A stretch of DNA of 64,000 bases, taken from sequence record MT833283.1. One strand, 5' to 3'. The notes under the pieces were generated by a model. The model was given only the letters and a program-made list of their open reading frames with translations. It had not been told where the DNA came from and did no database searches. A program made the translations under genes and the position numbers. The stretch is from Escherichia coli phage vB_EcoS_Ace. Shown here piece by piece: positions 16,723-24,389 of the stretch (positions within the stretch are counted from its first letter, which is position 1; each line of letters opens with the position of its first letter).

Positions 16723-17427
16723 ATGGCTGGTTCTCGTAGAAAGAAACTTATCCATGAAATCCCTGATGAAACCTTTAAAAAGGTTATTGAACATCTGGAG
16801 AATGGTGGTACTAAGAAAGCAGCATGTGAAATGCTCGGCGTTTCTTCTAACCCAACTATGGAACGAATGATCGAGGAATGGAGAGATCGTCAGGTTCAAG
16901 TTGCGGAAATGAAAAAGAAGAAGCGCGGAACACTGATTGAGGGGGTTGAGCTTGCAAACGTAATTGAACAGTATCTTTCTGGTGATTCTTTTGAAGAAAT
17001 TGCTGATCGTAACTATCGTTCTGTAGCGATGATTAAATCTGTTCTGGAACGTTATGGTGCTCTGCTTCGTTTAAACGATATTGTTGATCCATTGAATCCT
17101 CCGTTGATTCCTGATGATGCAATGGCAGAAGAATTTGAAGTTGGTGAACTTGTTTGGGTTCCTGGCTATCAGTGTATTGGTGAAATCAAGAAAGCAATGA
17201 CTAACCCAGTTGGCTGCTACCGTGTTTGGTTGTTATCAGAAGGTAAACAACAGAACGTTCACTATATGCACTACGAATTAGCTTCTGTTAAACATCTGGA
17301 AAAGCTGGGAGTTGATGTTAAGGCTCTGGGCTTTAAATGGAGTCGTGAAGAAGTTATCACGTTGGTTAATGAAGCTGTTAAAGCTGCCTTGAAACTCGAT
17401 AAAGAGAAAGGAAAACGCCGTGAGTAA
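16723..17427 (+). CDS. Putative DNA-binding regulator with two HTH-like motifs
   Basis: 234 aa; GGTKKAACEMLGVSSNPTMERMIEEW and SFEEIADRNYRSVAMIKSVLERYG resemble HTH units; expressed from the PN25-type promoter. Confidence 0.5.
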   Translation: MAGSRRKKLIHEIPDETFKKVIEHLENGGTKKAACEMLGVSSNPTMERMIEEWRDRQVQVAEMKKKKRGTLIEGVELANVIEQYLSGDSFEEIADRNYRSVAMIKSVLERYGALLRLNDIVDPLNPPLIPDDAMAEEFEVGELVWVPGYQCIGEIKKAMTNPVGCYRVWLLSEGKQQNVHYMHYELASVKHLEKLGVDVKALGFKWSREEVITLVNEAVKAALKLDKEKGKRRE

Positions 17428-17683
17428 ACTAACTGATCTGTTAAAAGCTGGAGACGTAAAATATCTCCAGCGAGATAGTTGGGTTAACTGGGATGTTCGT
17501 AGCTGCTACTCTACCATTATAAAGGTAGATGTTGATAATAATGATATTATCGAATTTACTTGGTGGCCTGATGTAGGTGGGTATACTAATCTCTCTTTTG
17601 AGAAAGCATCGTGGAAAACCACTGAGCTGACTCTAGAAGAAGCTCTGGCCGACGATTGGGAGATCGTTGAACTAGATATGTAG
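17420..17683 (+). CDS. Hypothetical protein (87 aa)
   Basis: ORF overlapping the preceding stop by 8 nt. Confidence 0.4.
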   Translation: MSKLTDLLKAGDVKYLQRDSWVNWDVRSCYSTIIKVDVDNNDIIEFTWWPDVGGYTNLSFEKASWKTTELTLEEALADDWEIVELDM

Positions 17684-17703
17684 CAGTTACTGAAAAATTT
17701 CAG

Positions 17704-17732
17704 TTGCTTAATCCTGTAATTCTTGATATAAT
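17704..17732 (+). promoter_or_regulatory. Early promoter TTGCTT-N17-TATAAT
   Basis: Hexamers and spacing read directly. Confidence 0.55.
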
Positions 17733-17790
17733 ATTCTCATAGTTTGAAAAAACTATTCTGTTTAATTCTTAATTAAGGAAATCGAAAAAT

Positions 17791-18201
17791 ATGACTACTC
17801 CAACTCAGTGGACTGATGAACTGTTCGAAAAAATGTCTTCCGACTACGTTGCTCGTATGGAGCAAATCCCAGAAGATGAGCGTCCGGGCGTTAGCATGGA
17901 AATTGTTAGCGAAATTGCTCAGGAAAATGGTGTAACTCCGAACGGTTTTCGTATGAAGCTGACCAAAGCAGGTCTGTATATCAAGAAAGCTGCTGGCTCT
18001 ACTTCTAAATCAAGCGCATCTACTGGAGAAAAAGCTTCTGGTGGTTCTCGTACTTCCAAAGCTCAGGCTCACTCCGATCTTCGCTCTGCATTCTCTGATG
18101 CTGGCTTAGCACCGGACTTCCTGGACGACGCAATCATCGACAAGCTGACCGGTAAAGCAGCTGCTCATCTAGCAGAAGCTATCCGAGCTATCACTAAGTA
18201 A
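17791..18201 (+). CDS. Hypothetical protein with one copy of the HTH-like module found four times in 21118-21885
   Basis: 136 aa; IAQENGVTPNGFRMKLTKAGLYIK parallels the repeat unit of 21118-21885; host-like codon usage (CTG, CGT, GGT). Confidence 0.5.
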   Translation: MTTPTQWTDELFEKMSSDYVARMEQIPEDERPGVSMEIVSEIAQENGVTPNGFRMKLTKAGLYIKKAAGSTSKSSASTGEKASGGSRTSKAQAHSDLRSAFSDAGLAPDFLDDAIIDKLTGKAAAHLAEAIRAITK

Positions 18202-18237
18202 TTCTTAGATAAATCCACCAACACAAGGAATACAGTT

Positions 18238-18534
18238 ATGAATAAAGCTGAAATTATTGCTCAATGCGAAAAATTTGGTGAGTTTTATCTTCATTACGAA
18301 AAACTTCGTCAGAAAGGAACCACGTACCTTCAGGGTACGATGGGATTTGATCCAGCTCAGGATAAATACCTGGCTGAGCGTATTAAACGTGAGCGCATCC
18401 GTAAGCCGAAAGAAGATGAAATCCTCGTTTTCTCTCGTACTAACGATAGCTTCCGTTTCATTCCTGTTGCGAAAGTTCGCCGTGTGACGAGCCTCCAGTC
18501 AGAGTTAGATCGTGCTTCTCCAGTAGGCCGATAA
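18238..18534 (+). CDS. Hypothetical protein (98 aa)
   Basis: AAGGAA RBS, basic C-terminal half. Confidence 0.45.
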   Translation: MNKAEIIAQCEKFGEFYLHYEKLRQKGTTYLQGTMGFDPAQDKYLAERIKRERIRKPKEDEILVFSRTNDSFRFIPVAKVRRVTSLQSELDRASPVGR

Positions 18535-18544
18535 GAAACCAATT

Positions 18545-18566
18545 AGCCCCTATATGGGGCTTTTTG
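18545..18566 (+). terminator. Rho-independent terminator
   Basis: AGCCCC-TATAT-GGGGCT hairpin followed by TTTTTG. Confidence 0.55.
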
Positions 18567-18584
18567 TGTATTTGGGATATGTAA

Positions 18585-18893
18585 ATGAGCGATCAGGTAA
18601 ATCAAAACTATGAAGGACACGTTGACGACCAGTCCATCATGCTTTGGGAGAAGGAGGGAGAACAAGTAAGACTAACCGTATCTGAATTTCGTGGGAATCT
18701 ATACATGGGAATTCGTTACTGGCTCCAAGATATTACTGGAGAGTGGTTTCCAACGAAATCCGGCTTCTCTTTTCCTTATACCCTAGAAACTACGTCACAG
18801 CTATTCTACGCTTTTACGCAAATCCTCAGTGAATCCGAGGTCTTGCATGAAGTACAGAAACGAGCTGAAGAACTCAAAGCCAAGAATGCCTAG
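18585..18893 (+). CDS. Hypothetical protein (102 aa)
   Basis: ORF with ATG start; no recognisable motif. Confidence 0.45.
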   Translation: MSDQVNQNYEGHVDDQSIMLWEKEGEQVRLTVSEFRGNLYMGIRYWLQDITGEWFPTKSGFSFPYTLETTSQLFYAFTQILSESEVLHEVQKRAEELKAKNA

Positions 18894-18910
18894 TTCTTGG
18901 CTTTTTCTTT
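18879..18910 (+). terminator. Rho-independent terminator overlapping the stop codon
   Basis: GCCAAGAA-TGCCTAG-TTCTTGGC hairpin followed by TTTTTCTTT. Confidence 0.55.
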
Positions 18911-18920
18911 ATAAATGTAC

Positions 18921-18949
18921 TTGCTTTCGACTCAGTTTTCATATATAAT
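18921..18949 (+). promoter_or_regulatory. Early promoter TTGCTT-N17-TATAAT with ATAAATTGATGAGAGGA leader
   Basis: Hexamers and spacing read directly. Confidence 0.55.
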
Positions 18950-18978
18950 ATTTATATAAATTGATGAGAGGATCAATT

Positions 18979-19179
18979 ATGGCAATGACAATAACACTTC
19001 CAAAGATTCAAGCAAAACTTAATTTGCTTTCCATAGCAAAGATCAATTATCAGGACAATATTGGCACTCCAAACCAGAAAGCGTACAAAGATGCGTGGTT
19101 AAAAGAAGCTGCTGATTTAGCTGGTATGGCTGCTCAGTATAATAAAGAACTCAAAATGGAAATCGCAGACGATGAATAA
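18979..19179 (+). CDS. Hypothetical small protein (66 aa)
   Basis: ATG at 18979 with GAGAGGA RBS; track ORF starts at a TTG inside the leader. Confidence 0.4.
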   Translation: MAMTITLPKIQAKLNLLSIAKINYQDNIGTPNQKAYKDAWLKEAADLAGMAAQYNKELKMEIADDE

Positions 19180-20143
19180 TGTAAAAGACTTTATCAAACG
19201 TTGTCAAGAAGCGTACTACCAGGGAATGAGTCTTATTTCCGATGAAGAATATGATCGTCTGATTAAAAGATTCCCACTAGAGGAAGAAATCGGACCGAAA
19301 GGTGATATTCCTCACTTGTATCGTATGTATTCTTTGCAGAAAGTCTATTACGGTCGTGGTGATAAAGCTCCATTCAATCCATTAGGTCAGGTTGAAACTG
19401 ATAAGTTAGATGGCTGTGCAATTTCTCTGTTATATATTAATGGTGAATTTGTTCAAGCGTTAACTCGTGGTAACGGTATTCTAGGGAATGATGTAACGCA
19501 TAATGTTAAAATGCTAAACATCCCCAAAACTATTTCCCAAAAAGTACCAACTCAAATCACTGGTGAAGTTCTCATTACTAAAGAAGTAGAGAACAAACGT
19601 AACTACGCTTCGGGTGCTATTAACCTGAAAGACAGCGATGATTTCATGCAACGTATTGGTGAAGGTGGTTTAATCTTCGTTGCATATGGTATCCAGTGTT
19701 CAGCGGAAACAGTCGGTATTACAGAAGCCTATTTAAAAGATATGCTTTGGCTAGAGAATGAGAACTTCTTGACAGTTGTTAATGTTCGTTCCTTCTTTAA
19801 GTGGATTCCGACGGATGGTAAAGTTGTTCGTATTAATGATAACAACAAATTCTTCCGTGAAGGTTGGACTAATAAATTTCCTCGCGGTGCATTTGCTATT
19901 AAAGAGGATGAAGAAGGCGAAATTACCACACTTGTTAAAGTTGAATGGCAAGTAGGGGCTTCTGGTAAAGTAACTCCAGTTGGTTATTTCGAGCCGGTGA
20001 TTATTGATGATGCCACAATCGTTAAAGCAACTCTTAATAACGTTGATTATATTAACGCTCTCGATTTAGAGATCGGTTGCCAGATTCGAGTGATTCGTGC
20101 TGGTGGTGTAATCCCTTGTATAGTAGAGCGAGTATACGACTAA
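19172..20143 (+). CDS. NAD-dependent DNA ligase, N-terminal (adenylation) subunit
   Basis: 323 aa; KxDG adenylation motif (TDKLDGCAISLLY) and LTRGNG block; ends without the Zn-finger/HhH/BRCT part. Confidence 0.75.
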   Translation: MNNVKDFIKRCQEAYYQGMSLISDEEYDRLIKRFPLEEEIGPKGDIPHLYRMYSLQKVYYGRGDKAPFNPLGQVETDKLDGCAISLLYINGEFVQALTRGNGILGNDVTHNVKMLNIPKTISQKVPTQITGEVLITKEVENKRNYASGAINLKDSDDFMQRIGEGGLIFVAYGIQCSAETVGITEAYLKDMLWLENENFLTVVNVRSFFKWIPTDGKVVRINDNNKFFREGWTNKFPRGAFAIKEDEEGEITTLVKVEWQVGASGKVTPVGYFEPVIIDDATIVKATLNNVDYINALDLEIGCQIRVIRAGGVIPCIVERVYD

Positions 20144-20193
20144 TTCGTAACCCTTTGCTACCCGTTTACCATGTCGGAATTATAAAGTGGTTA

Positions 20194-20222
20194 TTGACAT
20201 TTTCGCCGCTTAGGTATATACT
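20194..20222 (+). promoter_or_regulatory. Promoter TTGACA-N17-TATACT between the two ligase ORFs
   Basis: Consensus -35 and near-consensus -10 read directly. Confidence 0.45.
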
Positions 20223-20285
20223 ATTATCATTCAGTTGAGGGATAGAAAGTTATGGCGAGGGTAAGCAAAGTTAGTTAAAATTGTA

Positions 20286-20314
20286 GTTGCTAAATGCTTA
20301 AATACTTGCTATAA
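20286..20314 (+). promoter_or_regulatory. Early promoter TTGCTA-N17-TATAAT with ATAAATTGATAAGGAAG leader
   Basis: Hexamers and spacing read directly; immediately upstream of the second ligase ORF. Confidence 0.5.
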
Positions 20315-20345
20315 TATTTATATAAATTGATAAGGAAGAAATTTG

Positions 20346-21125
20346 ATGAAAATCGAAATTCCAACACAATGTCCCTCTTGTGGTTCTAAGCTAGATCTTG
20401 TCAACGGGCAATTATTCTGTAGGAATAAGTCCAACTGTCCAGCGCAATCAAGTAAGTTAATCGAGAACTTCTGCACAAAAATGAAGTTAAAGGGCTTTGG
20501 CCCGAAAACTATTGAGAAGCTGGAGCTGACTAAGATCTCAGAACTGTTTTACCTGACCGAAGAAGATTTGGTAGGAGCTGTGGGTAGCAAGGTTGCCGCT
20601 AAGTTGATTAGCGAGTTAAATACTAAGGTTCGCGGAGACATTGACTTTGGTTCAGTTCTCGGTTCTTTAGGAATTCCTCTTATTGGAGAGGTTGCAGCAA
20701 AGAAACTGTCCCAAAATTGCACTAGCTTCCACGATGTGAAGGCTGACGGCAAGGCTGGAGAAAATTACAAAACCTGGCTAAATTCCCCACAAGGCAAGGA
20801 TGTTATTGAACTACCGTGGAAATTCTCAACTGGTATTCGAGGTGCTAAAGCTGATATCATCATTACAGATGATTTAGTTGCCCAGCCAAATGGAATCACG
20901 GTCTGTATTACCGGATCTTTGCAAGACTTTGCAAATCGAACGGATGCAACAAACTATTTAGAAAGTCTAGGATATACGGTCAAGAAGTCCGTTACCAAAG
21001 ACGTCAAATACCTAATCTGTGAGGATGAATCAAAACGTTCTTCCTCATCTTATAAGAAAGCCGAAACGAATGGGATAGAAATCCTGTCGATTAAAGAACT
21101 ATTGGAGAAAAATAATAATGTCTAA
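20346..21125 (+). CDS. NAD-dependent DNA ligase, C-terminal subunit
   Basis: N-terminal Cys4 Zn finger (CPSCGSKL..CRNKSNCP), helix-hairpin-helix-like GFGPKTIEKL, then a BRCT-like tail. Confidence 0.7.
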   Translation: MKIEIPTQCPSCGSKLDLVNGQLFCRNKSNCPAQSSKLIENFCTKMKLKGFGPKTIEKLELTKISELFYLTEEDLVGAVGSKVAAKLISELNTKVRGDIDFGSVLGSLGIPLIGEVAAKKLSQNCTSFHDVKADGKAGENYKTWLNSPQGKDVIELPWKFSTGIRGAKADIIITDDLVAQPNGITVCITGSLQDFANRTDATNYLESLGYTVKKSVTKDVKYLICEDESKRSSSSYKKAETNGIEILSIKELLEKNNNV

Positions 21126-21885
21126 ACTGAACTGGAACGTAGAAGGTGTAACCGAGTCTCTGAAAGCAAAAGCCACTGCTCTGGGTGTTGCTGTAATCTC
21201 TCAAGAACAAGTAGCTGCTATCGCTGCTGAACTGGCTACCGAGACTGGCAAAGACGTTACCGCTCGCTCTGTTGGCTCTAAGCTGCGTAAAGAAGGTTTC
21301 GAAGTACAGAAAGCTAACGAAGTACAGAAATCCCCGTGGACTCCTGAGCAGGAAGCTGAACTAGTTGATTTCCTGAACGCTCATGCTGGTCAGTATACTT
21401 ACGCTGAAATCGCTGCTGCTGTAGCTGGTGGTCAGTTCGGTGCTAAGCAGGTACAGGGTAAGATCCTGAGTCTGGAAATGACCGCTTCTGTTAAGCCAAC
21501 TGAAAAAGCTGCTGCTGTTCGTTCCTTCACTCCTGACGAAGAAACTGATTTCGTTAATCAGGTTGTTGCTGGTGCTACTATTGAAGCTATCGCTGCTCAC
21601 TTCGGTCGCAATATTAAGCAGATTCGTGGTAAAGCTCTGAGCCTGCTTCGTGAAGGTCGTATCGCTGCTATGCCGGTACAGGAAACTTCAAGTGCTAAAA
21701 CTCGTGAAGATCTGTTAGAAGGTCTGGATCTGGCTAACATGACTGTTGCTGAGATCGCTGAGAAAACTGGTAAGTCTGAGCGCGGTGTTAAATCTATGCT
21801 GTCTCGTCGTGGTCTGGTTGCTAAGGACTATGATGGTGCCGCTAAGCGTGCTAAACTGGATGCAAAAGCTGCGGCTGCTGAATAA
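21118..21885 (+). CDS. Putative abundant DNA-binding protein built from four tandem HTH-like repeats
   Basis: 255 aa; four ~55-60-aa units each ending in a basic helix (SVGSKLRKEGF / GKILSLEMTA / KALSLLREGRIA / VKSMLSRRGLVA); strongly host-like codon usage. Confidence 0.5.
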   Translation: MSKLNWNVEGVTESLKAKATALGVAVISQEQVAAIAAELATETGKDVTARSVGSKLRKEGFEVQKANEVQKSPWTPEQEAELVDFLNAHAGQYTYAEIAAAVAGGQFGAKQVQGKILSLEMTASVKPTEKAAAVRSFTPDEETDFVNQVVAGATIEAIAAHFGRNIKQIRGKALSLLREGRIAAMPVQETSSAKTREDLLEGLDLANMTVAEIAEKTGKSERGVKSMLSRRGLVAKDYDGAAKRAKLDAKAAAAE

Positions 21886-21902
21886 TCTGGTAAATTAAAC
21901 CT

Positions 21903-21935
21903 AAGGGGAGGGGGCTATGCTCCTTCCCCTTTTTG
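21903..21935 (+). terminator. Rho-independent terminator
   Basis: AAGGGGAGG..CCTTCCCCTT hairpin followed by TTTTTGC. Confidence 0.55.
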
Positions 21936-21967
21936 CATTTAGAAGGCACGAAAGCGTGCAAAGGAGA

Positions 21968-23440
21968 ATGACCTTGTTTAACGTGCAAGCTGTAGTGTTG
22001 AAGATGCTTCTCGCTTCTGAACAGAAGCAAGTAGCATTGGAAACATTCTCAAAACTGCATAAAGATCATTTTAATGACGCTTTCTCCTCAATTTACCAAG
22101 CCGTCCAGAATTATTATAAGAAATATAACGCAATGCCGTCCATTGACGCACTGATGCTTGAGGCCAATAGGAACGCCCGCCTTTCTCAAGCTCTTGTCGT
22201 CTTAGCTAACACTCAAATTCCAGAAGTGAGCATGGAACAGGCACTTGAAGTCCTAGAAGCTGAATATACGCAGGATCTATTCCTGAAACTTCTAGAAACA
22301 GACGTGCTTCAAGATTTAACAATGCTGGATCAGGGAGAAATTCTCAACCGAGTTGCCTCCCTTCACTTAAAATTAGAAGAGAAAGTAACGAATACTGGAA
22401 AGGTATTCAACGCAGACACAATGCGTATTTTCCAGAGAGAAGAAGATACCAAACTGAACTTGATCGCTCTTGGTATTTGTAATGAGTTCGACGCTCAAAT
22501 TGGTTTAGCTCGCACAGAAACGTTACTGCTTGGTGGTTGGCGTGGTACTGGTAAATCCATTATCTGTTCAAACATACAGGTTCAGCAATATTTGAATGGA
22601 GACATTGCTCCATATTTCTCAATTGAGATGAAAGAGCACGAAGTGTTTAGACGTAATCTGGCTATGTTAGCTGGAGTATCTGCATTAGCAATGCGTAATA
22701 ACACTCTTGAAGGTGCTGCTCTGTTGAGATTAGCCAGAACTAGGGCTAGGATGTTTAATGGTGGTGAAGAGCTTTTCGATAACTTCGTTAAGCAATACAC
22801 TATGGCTAAAATGAGTGACTTCTATGATATGGAAAGTAAACTCCTTGAAGGCTATGAGCTTCACACTCCTATGATCATCGTTTACGATCCTGAACTGTCT
22901 ATTACGACGGTTGATGTAGAATTAAATAAACTAGTTGCTAAGTATGGTGATAAGGTTACTGTAGCTCTTCTAGACTATATTAACCAAACAAGACTTCCAG
23001 ATTCAAAGACCATTGATATGTATGACTGGAAAGAACAGATGGTTGTTAGTTCATCTTTCAAATCTATCTGCCAGAAACATAACGTGGCTGGTGTTGCCCC
23101 TTACCAGATTGACCAAGATGGTAGAACGCGTATGTCTAAAGGGATTCTTGATTCCGCAGATATGGCTGCTAATCTTAATGCTGCAAAAGCTGATAACGGT
23201 CAAGGTGCTATTATGTTTGACTTCGTTAAGACTCGTTCCTCTGATAGTGTGAAGTTTATGCCTAAGATGAACTGGGAAACTCTGCGAATGGATAACACTA
23301 CCAACCTAGCAATGGAAGATATTGCGCAAATGGAAGCTGAGTTCGTTATTCCTATTGAAAAGGATAAACCAGCTCAACCTAAACGTGCTAAGAAAGACAA
23401 AGCTGAAAATTCAACAGGTGAACAGGCCAGCGATATATGA
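21968..23440 (+). CDS. Putative DnaB-like replicative helicase
   Basis: Walker A GWRGTGKS, later VALLDYINQ (DnaB H2-like); start set at the ATG after the terminator, and is uncertain. Confidence 0.55.
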   Translation: MTLFNVQAVVLKMLLASEQKQVALETFSKLHKDHFNDAFSSIYQAVQNYYKKYNAMPSIDALMLEANRNARLSQALVVLANTQIPEVSMEQALEVLEAEYTQDLFLKLLETDVLQDLTMLDQGEILNRVASLHLKLEEKVTNTGKVFNADTMRIFQREEDTKLNLIALGICNEFDAQIGLARTETLLLGGWRGTGKSIICSNIQVQQYLNGDIAPYFSIEMKEHEVFRRNLAMLAGVSALAMRNNTLEGAALLRLARTRARMFNGGEELFDNFVKQYTMAKMSDFYDMESKLLEGYELHTPMIIVYDPELSITTVDVELNKLVAKYGDKVTVALLDYINQTRLPDSKTIDMYDWKEQMVVSSSFKSICQKHNVAGVAPYQIDQDGRTRMSKGILDSADMAANLNAAKADNGQGAIMFDFVKTRSSDSVKFMPKMNWETLRMDNTTNLAMEDIAQMEAEFVIPIEKDKPAQPKRAKKDKAENSTGEQASDI

Positions 23441-24327
23441 GTAGAATAACAGAACTACTTGATCTGAAAGGCATTGAATACAAAGACACAGGTGGGGATA
23501 TCCTCATCTGTTGTCTCAATCCAGATCATGATGATAAACACCCAAGTTTGCGTATTGATCCTGAATCAGGAATTATGCATTGCTTGAGTTGTGGCTTCGG
23601 TAGAGGAATACCGAGCATTTACCATTATTTTAATGAGACTCAGTACAGACAGTCACCAAGATTGTCACAAGTACGTAAAAAGATTTCAGAGATTAGGAAT
23701 GGATCTACGAATCTTGCAATTCCTGAATCTGCTTACCTTTTCGAAGGTGATTTCCGAGGTATCAGTTCTAAGACCTTGAAGAAATATTTTGCTTTCCAAC
23801 ATCAAGCAGACTGGGAAGGCAGAATTGTATTCCCAATAACAGATGCTGTTGGACGCAATATCCTATTCCTGGGACGTTCTATAAACAGTTCTGCCCCTCC
23901 TAAATACTTAGTAAAACCAAAACAAGTTTCACCACCGATTTTCCCCGTACGATATAATACACCAGTTCTTGTTCTAGTTGAAGGTATCTTTGATATGTTA
24001 AATCTAGAAGATAACGGTGTGGATTATGCTTCTTGCTGCTTTGGTACACATCAGTTTACATCTGATAACATTGCTGATAAGTTCAGTCCTTACATTATTG
24101 CTGGAGTAAGAGTAGTTGTTATCTTGCTAGATAATGATGCCTCTGGTAATAAAGCTGCTCAAGCACTAGCGAAGCTAATTCGTACAAAAACACGTTTAAC
24201 ACCTGTAGTTGGTAACTTCCTTCTTCCAGAAGGTAAAGACCCAGGTGATTTAAATAAAGAAGAGATCGATATGTTGGCTCAACGTATTGAAATTTTAGTT
24301 GCCGAATCGCTCAAAGATTTGGTATAA
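23437..24327 (+). CDS. DNA primase (DnaG-like: Zn-binding plus TOPRIM)
   Basis: 296 aa; CCLNPDHDDKHPSL..CLSCGFG Zn-binding motif; VLVEGIFDMLNL and LLDNDASG acidic TOPRIM motifs. Confidence 0.75.
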   Translation: MSRITELLDLKGIEYKDTGGDILICCLNPDHDDKHPSLRIDPESGIMHCLSCGFGRGIPSIYHYFNETQYRQSPRLSQVRKKISEIRNGSTNLAIPESAYLFEGDFRGISSKTLKKYFAFQHQADWEGRIVFPITDAVGRNILFLGRSINSSAPPKYLVKPKQVSPPIFPVRYNTPVLVLVEGIFDMLNLEDNGVDYASCCFGTHQFTSDNIADKFSPYIIAGVRVVVILLDNDASGNKAAQALAKLIRTKTRLTPVVGNFLLPEGKDPGDLNKEEIDMLAQRIEILVAESLKDLV

Positions 24328-24389
24328 TATATTGGTAAGTTAGAGAAGAAACACTGAAGTTATACTTACTTACCAAAAGGAGACTAAAT

